A stretch of 63,720 bases of DNA, filler included, from an uncultured bacterium (GTDB taxonomy: Bacteria; CAZDME01; JAYEMH01), in the NCBI GenBank assembly GCA_964506785.1. It is 4 parts of 4 records of this genome, joined end to end, with 100 filler letters (N's around TTAATTAATTAA, not from the genome) between each part and the next. Parts side by side here need not be neighbours in the genome. Positions count along the whole stretch, not along the records: positions 19,932 to 39,214 come from CAZDME010000024.1; 3 more parts are not named here. One strand, written 5' to 3'. The position numbers were made by a program, and so were the translations under genes. How positions within the stretch are numbered: the first letter of the stretch is position 1; the number at the start of each line of letters is the position of its first letter. The notes below the pieces were generated by a model. That model did no database searches. It saw only the letters and a list, made by a program, of their open reading frames with translations, and was not told where the DNA came from. Positions 27,995 through 37,724 of this stretch are shown here, piece by piece.

Positions 27995-29644
27995 TCAGCT
28001 CTGGATATATCGCTTCTGAAAAACCCGCCAGATTTCCAGAGTCATAAGGATAGCTAAAGCAATTAAAATTAAGCTGATAGAGCCTAAAAAATAATGGGGG
28101 GTCTTTCCAAAAAAGAACTGATGCCCTTTGACTAAAAGAGCAGCCAGGGTAGTCACAAGCATAAAAACAGAGGGAATTATAGTAAAACGAGTCGGCTTCT
28201 TAACCCCCAATAAATATGAAGTAATAACCAAAAGGGCTAAAGCAGCCACTAATTGATTAGAAGCACCAAAAATCGGCCAGATCGTCTGCCAGCCTCCGGT
28301 TACACCTAAAAAATAAGCAGGAATAACTACGGCCAAAGAAGCCATCAGGCGGTTTTTAAAAATGGGAAAAGACTGACTGAAAAGTTCAGTAGTAATAAAT
28401 CGGCCTAAACGAACAGTAGTATCTAAAGTGGTCATGACAAATGTTTGAATTAAAGTAGCTCCTAAAATAACGCCTAAGGTTAACCCGCAGAAGTTTTCGA
28501 CAAAATGTCCATAGCCAAGACCAAAGGCTTTTATTGGACCACCACTTTTTAGAATACTAAAAAATGTATCTTGGCCAAGCGAGCCGATCTTCCAAGAGAG
28601 TCCAGCCGAAACAGCTAAAAGGGCAAAGATGGCAACCATCCCTTCGGTTAACATCGAACCAAAGGCAATGAAACGCCCCTGGCGCTCTTTAGCTAATTGT
28701 TTGGAAGTCGTGCCGCCAGAAACTAAAGAATGAAAACCAGAGATGGCTCCACAGGCAATAAGAATAAAAAGCATCGGCCAGAGCGGTCCCTGATTAGGGT
28801 GGGTAAACTTTAGGTAGAAGGGTGCCTCAATATTCGGATGGGAAACAAATAAACCCAAGAGGCCAAAACTCATACCTAAAATGAGTATCCAGGCGGAAAG
28901 ATAATCTCGTGGCTGAAGTAAAATCCAAACCGGCAGAACCGAAGCGAGCAAGCCGTAAAGCATTAAAACGGTAAACCAAATTTTAAAATTAATGGAGGAT
29001 TCCCAGGGCAGGCTAACAGGGAAGAGTTTTCCCAGATAGATAAAAAGACCCAGAAGAATTAAAGCAATAACTGTACCCCAGATAACTGATAATCTCCGCC
29101 GATAAACTATCCAGCCGAAAAAAACGGCTAAAGGGATAAGCATAAAGGAAGGGAAAACAATTTTCGGGCTTGAAGTAAATGTTTTTGCGGCAACCACGCC
29201 AAAAACCGCCGTGACTAAAATTAAGGATAACCATATAAAAATAGAAAAAAATAACCGTGCCCTCTTCCCCAAAGAACCTTCAGCTATCTCTGCAATAGAT
29301 ACCCCCTGGTGACGGGTAGAAATCATCAGGGTCAAATAATCGTGAACCGCTCCCAGAAATACGGCAGCAAAGAGAATCCAGATAAAGGAAATTCCCCAGC
29401 CAAAGGCAGCCACAGCGGCTATGGGTCCGATAATCGGACCGGCTCCGGCAATAGAGGAAAAATGGTGGCCAAAGAGAAGAAACGGTTTAGCTGGATAATA
29501 ATCTACTCCGTCATTTAACTCTACGGCCGGAGTGGCCTTTTTATCCTCTGGCTCAATCAAGGTCTTTTCAATCTTACGGCCGTAGGTAAAATAAGCAACC
29601 ACAAACCAGATTAAAGCCAGAGCAGCAATAATTCCCGAGTTCAT
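27995..29644 (-). CDS. cstA: Carbon starvation protein A family transporter
   Basis: TPA..LNDGVDY; GHHFSSIAGAGPIIGP; LLQPRDYL; ACGAISGFHSLV; WPIFGASNQL. Confidence 0.94.
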   Translation of the reverse strand: MNSGIIAALALIWFVVAYFTYGRKIEKTLIEPEDKKATPAVELNDGVDYYPAKPFLLFGHHFSSIAGAGPIIGPIAAVAAFGWGISFIWILFAAVFLGAVHDYLTLMISTRHQGVSIAEIAEGSLGKRARLFFSIFIWLSLILVTAVFGVVAAKTFTSSPKIVFPSFMLIPLAVFFGWIVYRRRLSVIWGTVIALILLGLFIYLGKLFPVSLPWESSINFKIWFTVLMLYGLLASVLPVWILLQPRDYLSAWILILGMSFGLLGLFVSHPNIEAPFYLKFTHPNQGPLWPMLFILIACGAISGFHSLVSGGTTSKQLAKERQGRFIAFGSMLTEGMVAIFALLAVSAGLSWKIGSLGQDTFFSILKSGGPIKAFGLGYGHFVENFCGLTLGVILGATLIQTFVMTTLDTTVRLGRFITTELFSQSFPIFKNRLMASLAVVIPAYFLGVTGGWQTIWPIFGASNQLVAALALLVITSYLLGVKKPTRFTIIPSVFMLVTTLAALLVKGHQFFFGKTPHYFLGSISLILIALAILMTLEIWRVFQKRYIQS

Positions 29645-29680
29645 TTGTATCCCCCAAAAATCACAGCCCTACCATTTTTT

Positions 29681-30145
29681 TTATTTTATTTCTCCAAGAA
29701 TCTTATTTACTTTTTCCCAGTGACTGCCCTGCCAGTAAATCTTCTGGCAGCTGGGGCAGTTCATAAACTTATCCTGATGTTTAAAAACATAAGGAGGCAC
29801 CTTCTCTTTGCTTTCTTCCTTGGGAATCTTTTCTAAAAGCCGGTTGCAAATAACACAGCGGGTAAAAATTTTCTTTGAATCAGCAGAAAGATGGAAATAC
29901 TCTATAACCCTTTTCAACTGTCTGCCAACGATATCAGAATCTAGAATTAAGCGATTAAAGCCCTGTCTTTTACCCAAATGGGAATCCCGTGTTATAATCA
30001 CCCTTTCCTCGCGGAGACTCATAATTATTAAATCGCTTCTTTTTTCCCCAGTAAAATAGAGCGCGTCATAACCCAGAATGCGCAGCCACTTAGCTAAACG
30101 CCCGAGCATTTTATCAGCAACGAACCTTATTTTTTCTTCAGCCAC
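29681..30145 (-). CDS. Mut7-C RNase (PIN-fold, DUF82) domain protein
   Basis: RFVADKMLGRLAKWLRILGYD; RVIITRD; TRCVICN...CPSCQKIYWQGSH. Start moved to GTG 30145. Confidence 0.9.
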   Translation of the reverse strand: MAEEKIRFVADKMLGRLAKWLRILGYDALYFTGEKRSDLIIMSLREERVIITRDSHLGKRQGFNRLILDSDIVGRQLKRVIEYFHLSADSKKIFTRCVICNRLLEKIPKEESKEKVPPYVFKHQDKFMNCPSCQKIYWQGSHWEKVNKILGEIK

Positions 30146-31845
30146 TTTTGTAAATCTGGAAGAGAAAGGGTATTCAACAAATCGTTCTTTTCCAACCATC
30201 CTCTTCGGGCTACACTTACCCCTAATTCAATATTCGCCAGTTGAGTTAAAATATGAGCGTCAGTACCAATGGTGAATTTAACTCCGAATTTTTTTGCCCT
30301 GCGGACATTCAAATCATTTAAATCTAATCTTTGAGGAAAAGCATTTATCTCTAAAGCGATTTGAGTAAGTCCGGCTTGCTTAAAAATTTTATCAAAATCT
30401 ATCTCATAGGGTTCTCGAGCTCCCATGAGCCGGCCAGTGGGATGAGCAATAATATCTACATATTTATTTCCCATAGCCTTAAGTATTCGCGTGGTCAGCT
30501 GATCCCTACTTTGCTTAAAACCGCTATGAATAGCCGCAATAACCACATCCAGTTCAGAAAGTATCCAATCAGGATAATCCAAGCTGCCGTCAGATTTGAT
30601 GTCGACTTCGGCTCCGGTAAGAACTTTAAGTCCTTTAAGATTATTGTTTAATTTATGAATCAGGTGAATTTTCTTCTTTAAGTTCTCCAGGCTTAATCCC
30701 CGGGCGACCTTTAGACTTTGCGAGTGATCGGCAATAACTATATATTGGTAACCCTTGGCCCGGGCCGCTTTAGCGATATCTTCTATCGAATCTGCCCCAT
30801 CACTCCAGTTGGAATGAACATGAAAATCACCTTGAATATCAGAAAGTTTTACTAACCTCGGCAGCTGGTTTTTAAAAGCCGCCTCTATCTCACCTTGATC
30901 TTCTCTTAATTCGGGCGGTATCCAGGGAAGTCCCAGGGATTTATAAACCTCTTCTTCAGTTTTTCCGGCGATTTTTTTATTTCCTTTACTTCTAAAAACA
31001 CCGTATTCACTTACCTTTAATTTCTTTTTTTTGGCTAATTCCCTAATTTTTATATTGTGGCTCTTTGAGCCGGTAAAATAAACCAAAGCAGCGCCGAAAC
31101 TACCTGGTTTTACCACCCGGAGATCAACTTGAAGGCCATCTTTCAGGCGGACGCTTGATTTAGTCAAACCCTTGGCCAAAATTTCTTTGACTTCAGGGAA
31201 GTGGATAAATGCCTTCATTATTGTCCCTGGCCTAGTAGAACTAGTTAAAATATCAATATCGCCAATCGTTTCTTTACGCCTCCTGAGACTCCCGGCTTCA
31301 CTGATTAATCTCACTTCTGGCAACCTTTTTAAATCTTCGATAATCGGACGCACTGCACTTAAAGCCTCGAAAAGAAGCATTCTTTTTTTCAGTTCTTGAT
31401 GGATTTCTATTCCGTGGAGAATATTTTCTTCTATCTTGGCCCCAAGACCGAAAAGGCTTTGAATCTTATGAGCTTTGGCCGCCTTTTCTAAATCCTTAAT
31501 GCTTTTTATACCCAACTTATCATAAAGAAGCCTGGCTGTTTTTGGCCCCACCTCCGGGACCGATATAATCTGCATTAATCCAGGAGGAAATCCCTTTTTT
31601 AATTTTTCGTATTCTTTTAATTTACCCGTTTTTAAAATCTCTTCAATCCGCTTAGCTACCCCTTTACCAACACCCGGAATAGACTGAAGCTCTCCCCGTT
31701 TGGCAATTTGGGCAATATCTTCGCCCAAATTCTCTATATTCTGAGCGGCCTTTTGAAAAGCCCGGATGCGAAAGAGATTTGCCCCTTTAATCTCCAGCAT
31801 CTCTACCATTTCCCAGAGCATCTTAGCAATCTCTATGTTTTTCAT
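30127..31845 (-). CDS. polX: DNA polymerase X with C-terminal PHP domain
   Basis: HhH motifs IPGVG and VPEVG; GSLRR; catalytic GDIDIL and VDLR; YFTGSKSHN; PHP motifs DFHVHSNWSDG and TDAH. Confidence 0.96.
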   Translation of the reverse strand: MKNIEIAKMLWEMVEMLEIKGANLFRIRAFQKAAQNIENLGEDIAQIAKRGELQSIPGVGKGVAKRIEEILKTGKLKEYEKLKKGFPPGLMQIISVPEVGPKTARLLYDKLGIKSIKDLEKAAKAHKIQSLFGLGAKIEENILHGIEIHQELKKRMLLFEALSAVRPIIEDLKRLPEVRLISEAGSLRRRKETIGDIDILTSSTRPGTIMKAFIHFPEVKEILAKGLTKSSVRLKDGLQVDLRVVKPGSFGAALVYFTGSKSHNIKIRELAKKKKLKVSEYGVFRSKGNKKIAGKTEEEVYKSLGLPWIPPELREDQGEIEAAFKNQLPRLVKLSDIQGDFHVHSNWSDGADSIEDIAKAARAKGYQYIVIADHSQSLKVARGLSLENLKKKIHLIHKLNNNLKGLKVLTGAEVDIKSDGSLDYPDWILSELDVVIAAIHSGFKQSRDQLTTRILKAMGNKYVDIIAHPTGRLMGAREPYEIDFDKIFKQAGLTQIALEINAFPQRLDLNDLNVRRAKKFGVKFTIGTDAHILTQLANIELGVSVARRGWLEKNDLLNTLSLPDLQKWLKKK

Positions 31846-31906
31846 TTCTTCAGCAAATCTGAATTCCTATCGCTCCTTTAGGGAAAACTTGAAGGGAATG
31901 CACTTT

Positions 31907-33136
31907 TTAAAACAGGCCCATTTGTTCCGGGCCGATTTTTTCTCCTTCAGCAAAAATTTTTATTCGTCCATAAACTCCGTCATAACCCGGACAAATCTCT
32001 ACTTTTCCTTCTCTTACCCGAAGGATACTCTCTTTGATTTGGCTGGGGAGCTTATTTAAATCTTCCGAAGGGATATCCAATAGTAGGCGGATTTCATTTC
32101 CATAATGGCTGATTATCCGGTGATATTCTCTCGAAACAGTTTCCGTCCCCCGGCTTTTACCTAAACTTTCGGCAATAATTTCTTCAAGAGGGATAAGATT
32201 ATAAAAAGGAATGCTCCCCTCAGGCTCAAACCCATATTCACGATCAGCTAAATCATCAAGACGATGCATTACCCCAATGGTTAACCGGCCGCCACACTGC
32301 GGGCATACATTATTATGTTTCTTACTCTCCTGAGGAGAAAGGCAAAGGTTACAAGAGCGGTGACCATCAAAATGATATTTTCCTTCTTGAGGGAAAAATT
32401 CAATGGTGGAAACTAATTTCTTTTGGTCCTTTTCTTTAAGAGTGTTAATAATCTCTTTGTAATCCAGTTCGCCTTCAAAAATATTTGCCTCTCGGGCCAA
32501 TCGCGAGGGAGAATGGGCATCTGAATTGGAAATAAGAGTAAGTTTATCATGACGGGAAAGGCGCCAGTTCATCGCCGGGTCACTGCTTAAACCAGTCTCA
32601 AGAGCATATATTTCCCTGCTTAAATTACCAAAACATTCCTCAATCGAATCAAAACCAGAATTGGACCCAAATAAGCTGAAGTGGGGTGTCCAGATATGCC
32701 CGGGAACTAATAGACAATCCTGGGAAATACTTAAAAGTTCTTCTAAAAGGTCGCGGCAGGAAAGGGAAATAATTGGCCGACCATCGCTGGCAAGGTTGCC
32801 AAATCCAGAAAGCGAACGATTAATCCTTTCCACCACTTCAATTGAAGGGGCAAAAATAACATTGTGAACACGATGGCTCCGCCCCCCTTGGGAAAAAATA
32901 TTATTAACCTCGGATGTCAAAATAAAATGAACATCCTGATAAATAAAAAGACCATTTCCTTTGGGCTTAAGCTTTTCTTTTAATTCGGAAAGCCAGAGGT
33001 GATGGGTAAAATCCCCTGTTCCAACTAGATTGAGACCTTTCCATTTAGCCCATTGGGCAATATGGTCTACATCCATTTCCCGGCTGGTTGCCCGGCTATA
33101 TTTGGAATGAAGATGAAAATCGGCAATAAAACGCAT
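31907..33136 (-). CDS. Endonuclease Q family protein (PHP domain + Zn ribbon, TIGR00375-like)
   Basis: ADFHLHSKYSRATS; GTGDFTH; HIWTP; ETGLSSD; SNSDAHS; GKYHFDGHRSC...CPQCG; GYDGVYG. Confidence 0.88.
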   Translation of the reverse strand: MRFIADFHLHSKYSRATSREMDVDHIAQWAKWKGLNLVGTGDFTHHLWLSELKEKLKPKGNGLFIYQDVHFILTSEVNNIFSQGGRSHRVHNVIFAPSIEVVERINRSLSGFGNLASDGRPIISLSCRDLLEELLSISQDCLLVPGHIWTPHFSLFGSNSGFDSIEECFGNLSREIYALETGLSSDPAMNWRLSRHDKLTLISNSDAHSPSRLAREANIFEGELDYKEIINTLKEKDQKKLVSTIEFFPQEGKYHFDGHRSCNLCLSPQESKKHNNVCPQCGGRLTIGVMHRLDDLADREYGFEPEGSIPFYNLIPLEEIIAESLGKSRGTETVSREYHRIISHYGNEIRLLLDIPSEDLNKLPSQIKESILRVREGKVEICPGYDGVYGRIKIFAEGEKIGPEQMGLF

Positions 33137-33139
33137 TTT

Positions 33140-34270
33140 TCAGGATAAATATTCCCTGGGAAGGCCTTTTCCTAAAGTGCAAACTATTTCATAAGGAATG
33201 GTCCCAATGGTTTGAGCTGTTTCCTCTACGGTAATAGATAGCTTCCCTTTTCCCCCGATGAGAATAACTTCATCTCCAAGGGTGGCTTTAGGATTCACCC
33301 CCAAGTCAATCACAATAAGATCCATACAAACTCGACCAACCACCGGCACCTTTTTACCTCTAAAAATTACTTGTCCGCTATTGGAAAGAAACCGGCTATA
33401 ACCCATAGCGTAGCCAATAGGAAGAACGGCAACGGTGGTATCCCTTTTAGCCCGCCAGGTCCGTCCATAGCTAACTGATTGCCCTTGATGAATTTTTTTC
33501 AAAGAGATAATTCTTGATTTCAAACTCATCACTGGTTTGAGAGGAACTAATCTGGCAACTTCCTCCGAAGGATAATATCCATAGAGGATTAAACCGGGAC
33601 GCACCAGGTTAAAATAACCTTCCGAAAGACCAAGAATGGCAGCACTATTAGCCGCATGCCTCCAGGGAATATCTATCTTAAGCTCTTCAAGCTGGTTAAT
33701 TACTTCTTGGAAACGTTTAAGTTGTAAGAAGGTAAAAGTTTTATCTTTTTCATCAGCGGCGGCAAAATGGGTAAAGATTCCATAGAGAGAAAGAAAAGGC
33801 AAATCCTTTTTTATCCTTTTAATGAGAGAACTCGCCTCTTGATGCCAAACTCCCAAGCGGCCCATTCCTGTATCTATCTTGACCTGAATCTTTATTTTTT
33901 TCTTCCGTCTTTTTCCAGCTTGATTTAAGGCTTGGGCCAAGAACCAATCACTTACCGTAGGAATAGCCCGGCAATCGATAAGTGCCTCAATCTGCTCGGG
34001 AAGAATGCCGGAAAGAATAGTAATCGGAATTTTAATTCCGGCCTGACGTAAACCCTGAGCCTCCTCTATTTTAGCCACTCCTAATAAATCCACGTTTTCT
34101 TTTGCTAATAAACGCGAAACCTCTCTTGCTCCGTGTCCATAGGCATCGGATTTGACCACCGCCAGGATTCCGGCACCTTTGACTCGCTTGCGAATCTCTC
34201 TTAAATTGTAACTTAGGGCGGCTAAATTAATCTCGAGCCAAGTCAAAGGCTTAATTTTTCTTTTCATCAT
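33140..34270 (-). CDS. alr: Alanine racemase
   Basis: AVVKSDAYGHG (PLP lysine); KIDTGMGRLG; ANSA; SYG; GRVCMD; TIPYE. Confidence 0.97.
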   Translation of the reverse strand: MMKRKIKPLTWLEINLAALSYNLREIRKRVKGAGILAVVKSDAYGHGAREVSRLLAKENVDLLGVAKIEEAQGLRQAGIKIPITILSGILPEQIEALIDCRAIPTVSDWFLAQALNQAGKRRKKKIKIQVKIDTGMGRLGVWHQEASSLIKRIKKDLPFLSLYGIFTHFAAADEKDKTFTFLQLKRFQEVINQLEELKIDIPWRHAANSAAILGLSEGYFNLVRPGLILYGYYPSEEVARLVPLKPVMSLKSRIISLKKIHQGQSVSYGRTWRAKRDTTVAVLPIGYAMGYSRFLSNSGQVIFRGKKVPVVGRVCMDLIVIDLGVNPKATLGDEVILIGGKGKLSITVEETAQTIGTIPYEIVCTLGKGLPREYLS

Positions 34271-35001
34271 CCGTTCTTCTTCCTCTGTGAAGACAGCGAA
34301 ATCTCCGGATTACGGAGATAGATAGGTTGGAGTTCATACAAATTATCTTTCTTTTTTAATTTCAATTTTTTCTTTCCTAATTGAGCAACAACTGAAGCTT
34401 TAGGAAAGAAAAATTCCTCCGGGGCAAAATGAGCTAAATTTCCCAAACTTTTTTGAATAAAGCTTTGATAAACCTTCAATCCCTCCCCAAAAAAAATGGC
34501 TGGTTTCTTAATCATACGGCAAATTTCATCTATTGTCAAAACCAAATCCTCAGTTTTTCTTTCTACTTTAATCTTTGAGAAATTTTTGTTTTCTTTTTCG
34601 AATATGGCCGTATAAACCAAATTCTTCTTGGCATCAAGGAGAGGGACTAATAAAGTCGCGGAATGACTCTCTGTTAAAGCAAAGTCATCGTTCACTCCTT
34701 GAAGCAAAATTTCTAAAGTAGGGATCCCTAAAAGCGGCTTTTCTAAACATAAAGCCAAGGTTTTGGCAACGGTTATGCCTACCCGAAGTCCGGTAAAAGA
34801 ACCTGGGCCTTGGCTTACGGCAATAGCTTCAATCTTTTCTAAAGAAAGCCGGGCTTTTTTAAAAACCTGAACGATAGCTGGCCAAAGCCTGTCCCGGTAA
34901 TCATCCTGACGTTCATATTGCTCCAGGATTATTCTCTCATTATCTAAAATGGCGACACTGCCTCGATTCATTATGGCTGTTTCAATTCCCAAGATAGGCA
35001 T
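34267..35001 (-). CDS. tsaB: tRNA t6A biosynthesis protein TsaB
   Basis: ILGIET; GPGSFTGLRVG; LDAK; PIYLR. Confidence 0.95.
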   Translation of the reverse strand: MPILGIETAIMNRGSVAILDNERIILEQYERQDDYRDRLWPAIVQVFKKARLSLEKIEAIAVSQGPGSFTGLRVGITVAKTLALCLEKPLLGIPTLEILLQGVNDDFALTESHSATLLVPLLDAKKNLVYTAIFEKENKNFSKIKVERKTEDLVLTIDEICRMIKKPAIFFGEGLKVYQSFIQKSLGNLAHFAPEEFFFPKASVVAQLGKKKLKLKKKDNLYELQPIYLRNPEISLSSQRKKNG

Positions 35002-35069
35002 CTTATTATTCCTTAATCAAGACTACCACCGATTAGATGGAGAAAAATCACACTTCGCAAGTGTATTTT

Positions 35070-35537
35070 TCAATTAGTTATCCGCTCAACAATTTTCTGA
35101 TAAACCTGACCATGAGGAATCAATTTAATCTCTCTCTTATCCCTATAGGGACCAGCAGCAATTCCAAACTTTACCTCCAGATATTCATCTGGCAAAAATT
35201 TCCCTACTTTTTCTCCCCATTCCATAACCGTTACCCCATCTTTATAAAAATATTCCTCCAGGGCTAAATTATGAATCTGGCCAATTTCCAACCGATAGAA
35301 ATCAAGATGGTAAAGGGAAATCCTCCCGTGATATTCTTTAACTAAGGTGAATGAGGGACTGGTAATAGAACTCCCGTTTTTAATTTTTAATCCGCGGGCT
35401 AAACCTTTTACAAAGCAGGTTTTCCCGCTCCCTAATTGGCCGGTCAAAGAAACAACTGCTCCAGAAAAAAGATATTTCCCTAAGTTCTCACCTAAATTTT
35501 GTGTCTCAACAGCCGACCGAGTAACTATTTTTTTCAT
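35070..35537 (-). CDS. tsaE: tRNA t6A biosynthesis ATPase TsaE
   Basis: GQLGSGKT; TSPSFTL; YHLDFYRL; MEW. Confidence 0.96.
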   Translation of the reverse strand: MKKIVTRSAVETQNLGENLGKYLFSGAVVSLTGQLGSGKTCFVKGLARGLKIKNGSSITSPSFTLVKEYHGRISLYHLDFYRLEIGQIHNLALEEYFYKDGVTVMEWGEKVGKFLPDEYLEVKFGIAAGPYRDKREIKLIPHGQVYQKIVERITN

Positions 35538-36545
35538 TTAAAAGTGGGTATATCCCTTAGCTTTAAAGGATTCCCCTTCTTTTACCGGAACAATTTCGCC
35601 AATAAGGGTAAGGGGAAAATTTAATTTTTTGGCCAGTAACCGCCTGGCTTCCCGGGCGGAAACAGTAAAAAGAAGTTCATAATCTTCGCCTCTCTGGGTA
35701 GCCAATATCCAGGGATCAAGATTTAGAATCCGGGCAACTTTCTTTACTGATAGAGATATGGGAACAGCTTTCTTAAATATTTTTGCCCCTACCCGGCTTC
35801 TTTTTAAAATATGTTTGAGGTCACCAATCAAACCATCGCTTAAATCGATCATGGCATTAATTTTAAAATTTTTCACCAGATATTCGGCCTCCTTCAAGCG
35901 AGGATGAGGTTCAAACTGCCTTCTTAAAAGCTGCGTTTGATAGCGTTGAGGAATCTTTCGCTTCCTTTTTAAAATTTCGAGGCCAACTGAGGCTCCCCCT
36001 AGATTACCGGTAACTAAAATTTTGTCTCCTATTTTGGCCCCATCGCGTCTGGTTAAATATTTAGGCTTCACCTCTCCCAACAAAAAGATATCAACTATCA
36101 ACTTCTCCGGGGAGATAGAAGTGTTCCCGCCGATAATATTTACCTGAAATTTAGTCGCCAGGCTTCTGATTCCCCGATATAATTCATCAGCAAAATCTAC
36201 TTTGGTCTTAGACGGCATAGCGACGGAGACTAAAGCTGCTATTGGCCTGGCTCCCATAGCAGCTAAATCACTTAGATTAACGGCTAAGGCCTTCCAGCCA
36301 ATTTGAAAAGGGCTTGCTTCCGGCTGGAAATGCACTCCCTCAATTAACATATCGCAGGTTAAGGCTGACCAATATCCAGTATGATTTTTAATGACCGCCG
36401 CATCATCCCCAATGCCCAAAACTACTCTTTTTTTATCTATTCTAGTTTTCTGGGCAATTCTCTCGATAAGGCCGAATTCCCCAATCGACCGCAAGTCATC
36501 TTTTTTAAGCCAGCTAAGTATTTTTAATTTAGAAGCCCCAGTCAT
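35538..36545 (-). CDS. thiL: Thiamine-monophosphate kinase
   Basis: GEFGLI; GIGDDAA; EGVHF; NLSDLAAMGA; DLSDGL; GEDYELLF. Start moved to ATG 36545 (TAATG overlap with the upstream stop). Confidence 0.94.
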   Translation of the reverse strand: MTGASKLKILSWLKKDDLRSIGEFGLIERIAQKTRIDKKRVVLGIGDDAAVIKNHTGYWSALTCDMLIEGVHFQPEASPFQIGWKALAVNLSDLAAMGARPIAALVSVAMPSKTKVDFADELYRGIRSLATKFQVNIIGGNTSISPEKLIVDIFLLGEVKPKYLTRRDGAKIGDKILVTGNLGGASVGLEILKRKRKIPQRYQTQLLRRQFEPHPRLKEAEYLVKNFKINAMIDLSDGLIGDLKHILKRSRVGAKIFKKAVPISLSVKKVARILNLDPWILATQRGEDYELLFTVSAREARRLLAKKLNFPLTLIGEIVPVKEGESFKAKGYTHF

Positions 36546-37675
36546 TAAATTACCCTCGCTAATAAACTTTTTTTCATTACTACTGCTCCATGCGGGCATA
36601 GTTCTAAACAGCACAAACATAGAATACATTTTTTATAATCTATCTGTAGACGGCCATCTCTATAGGCAATGGCGTTTACCGGACAACTCTTTACGCAAAT
36701 TCCGCATTGGAGGCATTTTTTAGTTATTGCCGGATAAACTCGATAACTCCCGGCCAATGTGTTAACTAAAAATTTAGGTAGAAATTTAAGCATTTTATTC
36801 CTAAAAGAGCTTTGCGGTAAAAGAAATTTATCTAATTTTACCTCTTCTATTTTTTCTCCTAAGAGCTCAATTTCACCAAAATCGCTTTTATATAAGCCGA
36901 GTTTTCGGGCTAAGCTTAATATAGGAAGTTTCATCGGATCCATTCCGGCAACCACGGCCATAATTGCATCCAAAGATAAGGCATCAGAACTTGCCATAAT
37001 TAACCCAACCTTTCGTATTTTACCGGCTGAGCCTGGGCCATCTCCTTCTATGCCCCAAACCCCATCCATAATCGAAAGGTGGGGTTTGAATGCAGAGAAA
37101 ATTTTTAAAATTACCCGACTGAATGATTCTGGATCCAAAGCTTTTTTATGCAATTCCGTTTTAGTCAATCCGGGAACCAATCCATACATATTTTTCACTG
37201 CTCCAGTTAGAAGCATCAGTTCATGAGTTTTAAATTTGGGGATGGAAATAATAAGGTCCATCTCCAAAGCTTCCTCAGAAATAGGAATTTCTTTTATCCC
37301 TGGCAGGTTAGTAGGAATCTTTTTAAAACATTCAAATTTTAAAAGCCTAGCCCCAGTTTGCACAGCCACTTTTTTCATTCCCGATATCTCCCAGACTTTT
37401 TCTACCCCTTGATTATAGCCTCCCGGGGAATCACCGATATAAGGCAGGCCGCCAGCTTCTTTAACTATTTCGGCTATTACCCTGACGACAACCGGGTGGG
37501 TATCAATGGCTGTCTCCGGACTCTTAGCGGAAAGAAGATTAGGCTTAAGGAGAACTTTATCACCTGGCTTGATAAAAGGCTTTATCCCGCCAATTAAATC
37601 GAGGGCTTTGCCAACGGCTTCTTTAATCTTAAAATATTCATAACTGGAACATTGAACGATAGAAACTTTCGCCAC
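36545..37675 (-). CDS. DUF362 domain protein with C-terminal 2x[4Fe-4S] ferredoxin domain
   Basis: VLLKPNLL; THP; PKFKTH; TGAVKNMYG; EGDGP; CLQCGICVKSCP and CILCLCCLELCP. Confidence 0.9.
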   Translation of the reverse strand: MAKVSIVQCSSYEYFKIKEAVGKALDLIGGIKPFIKPGDKVLLKPNLLSAKSPETAIDTHPVVVRVIAEIVKEAGGLPYIGDSPGGYNQGVEKVWEISGMKKVAVQTGARLLKFECFKKIPTNLPGIKEIPISEEALEMDLIISIPKFKTHELMLLTGAVKNMYGLVPGLTKTELHKKALDPESFSRVILKIFSAFKPHLSIMDGVWGIEGDGPGSAGKIRKVGLIMASSDALSLDAIMAVVAGMDPMKLPILSLARKLGLYKSDFGEIELLGEKIEEVKLDKFLLPQSSFRNKMLKFLPKFLVNTLAGSYRVYPAITKKCLQCGICVKSCPVNAIAYRDGRLQIDYKKCILCLCCLELCPHGAVVMKKSLLARVI

Positions 37676-37724
37676 TTTTTATGCCTAGTTAAATGACCAA
37701 TGAAACATTACCTCTTGACACTAA

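Noticed and set aside
37691-37712. AAATGAC CAATGAA weak heptamer echo between mtnA and the DUF362 gene
   Set aside because: Only about two degenerate units; indistinguishable from chance.
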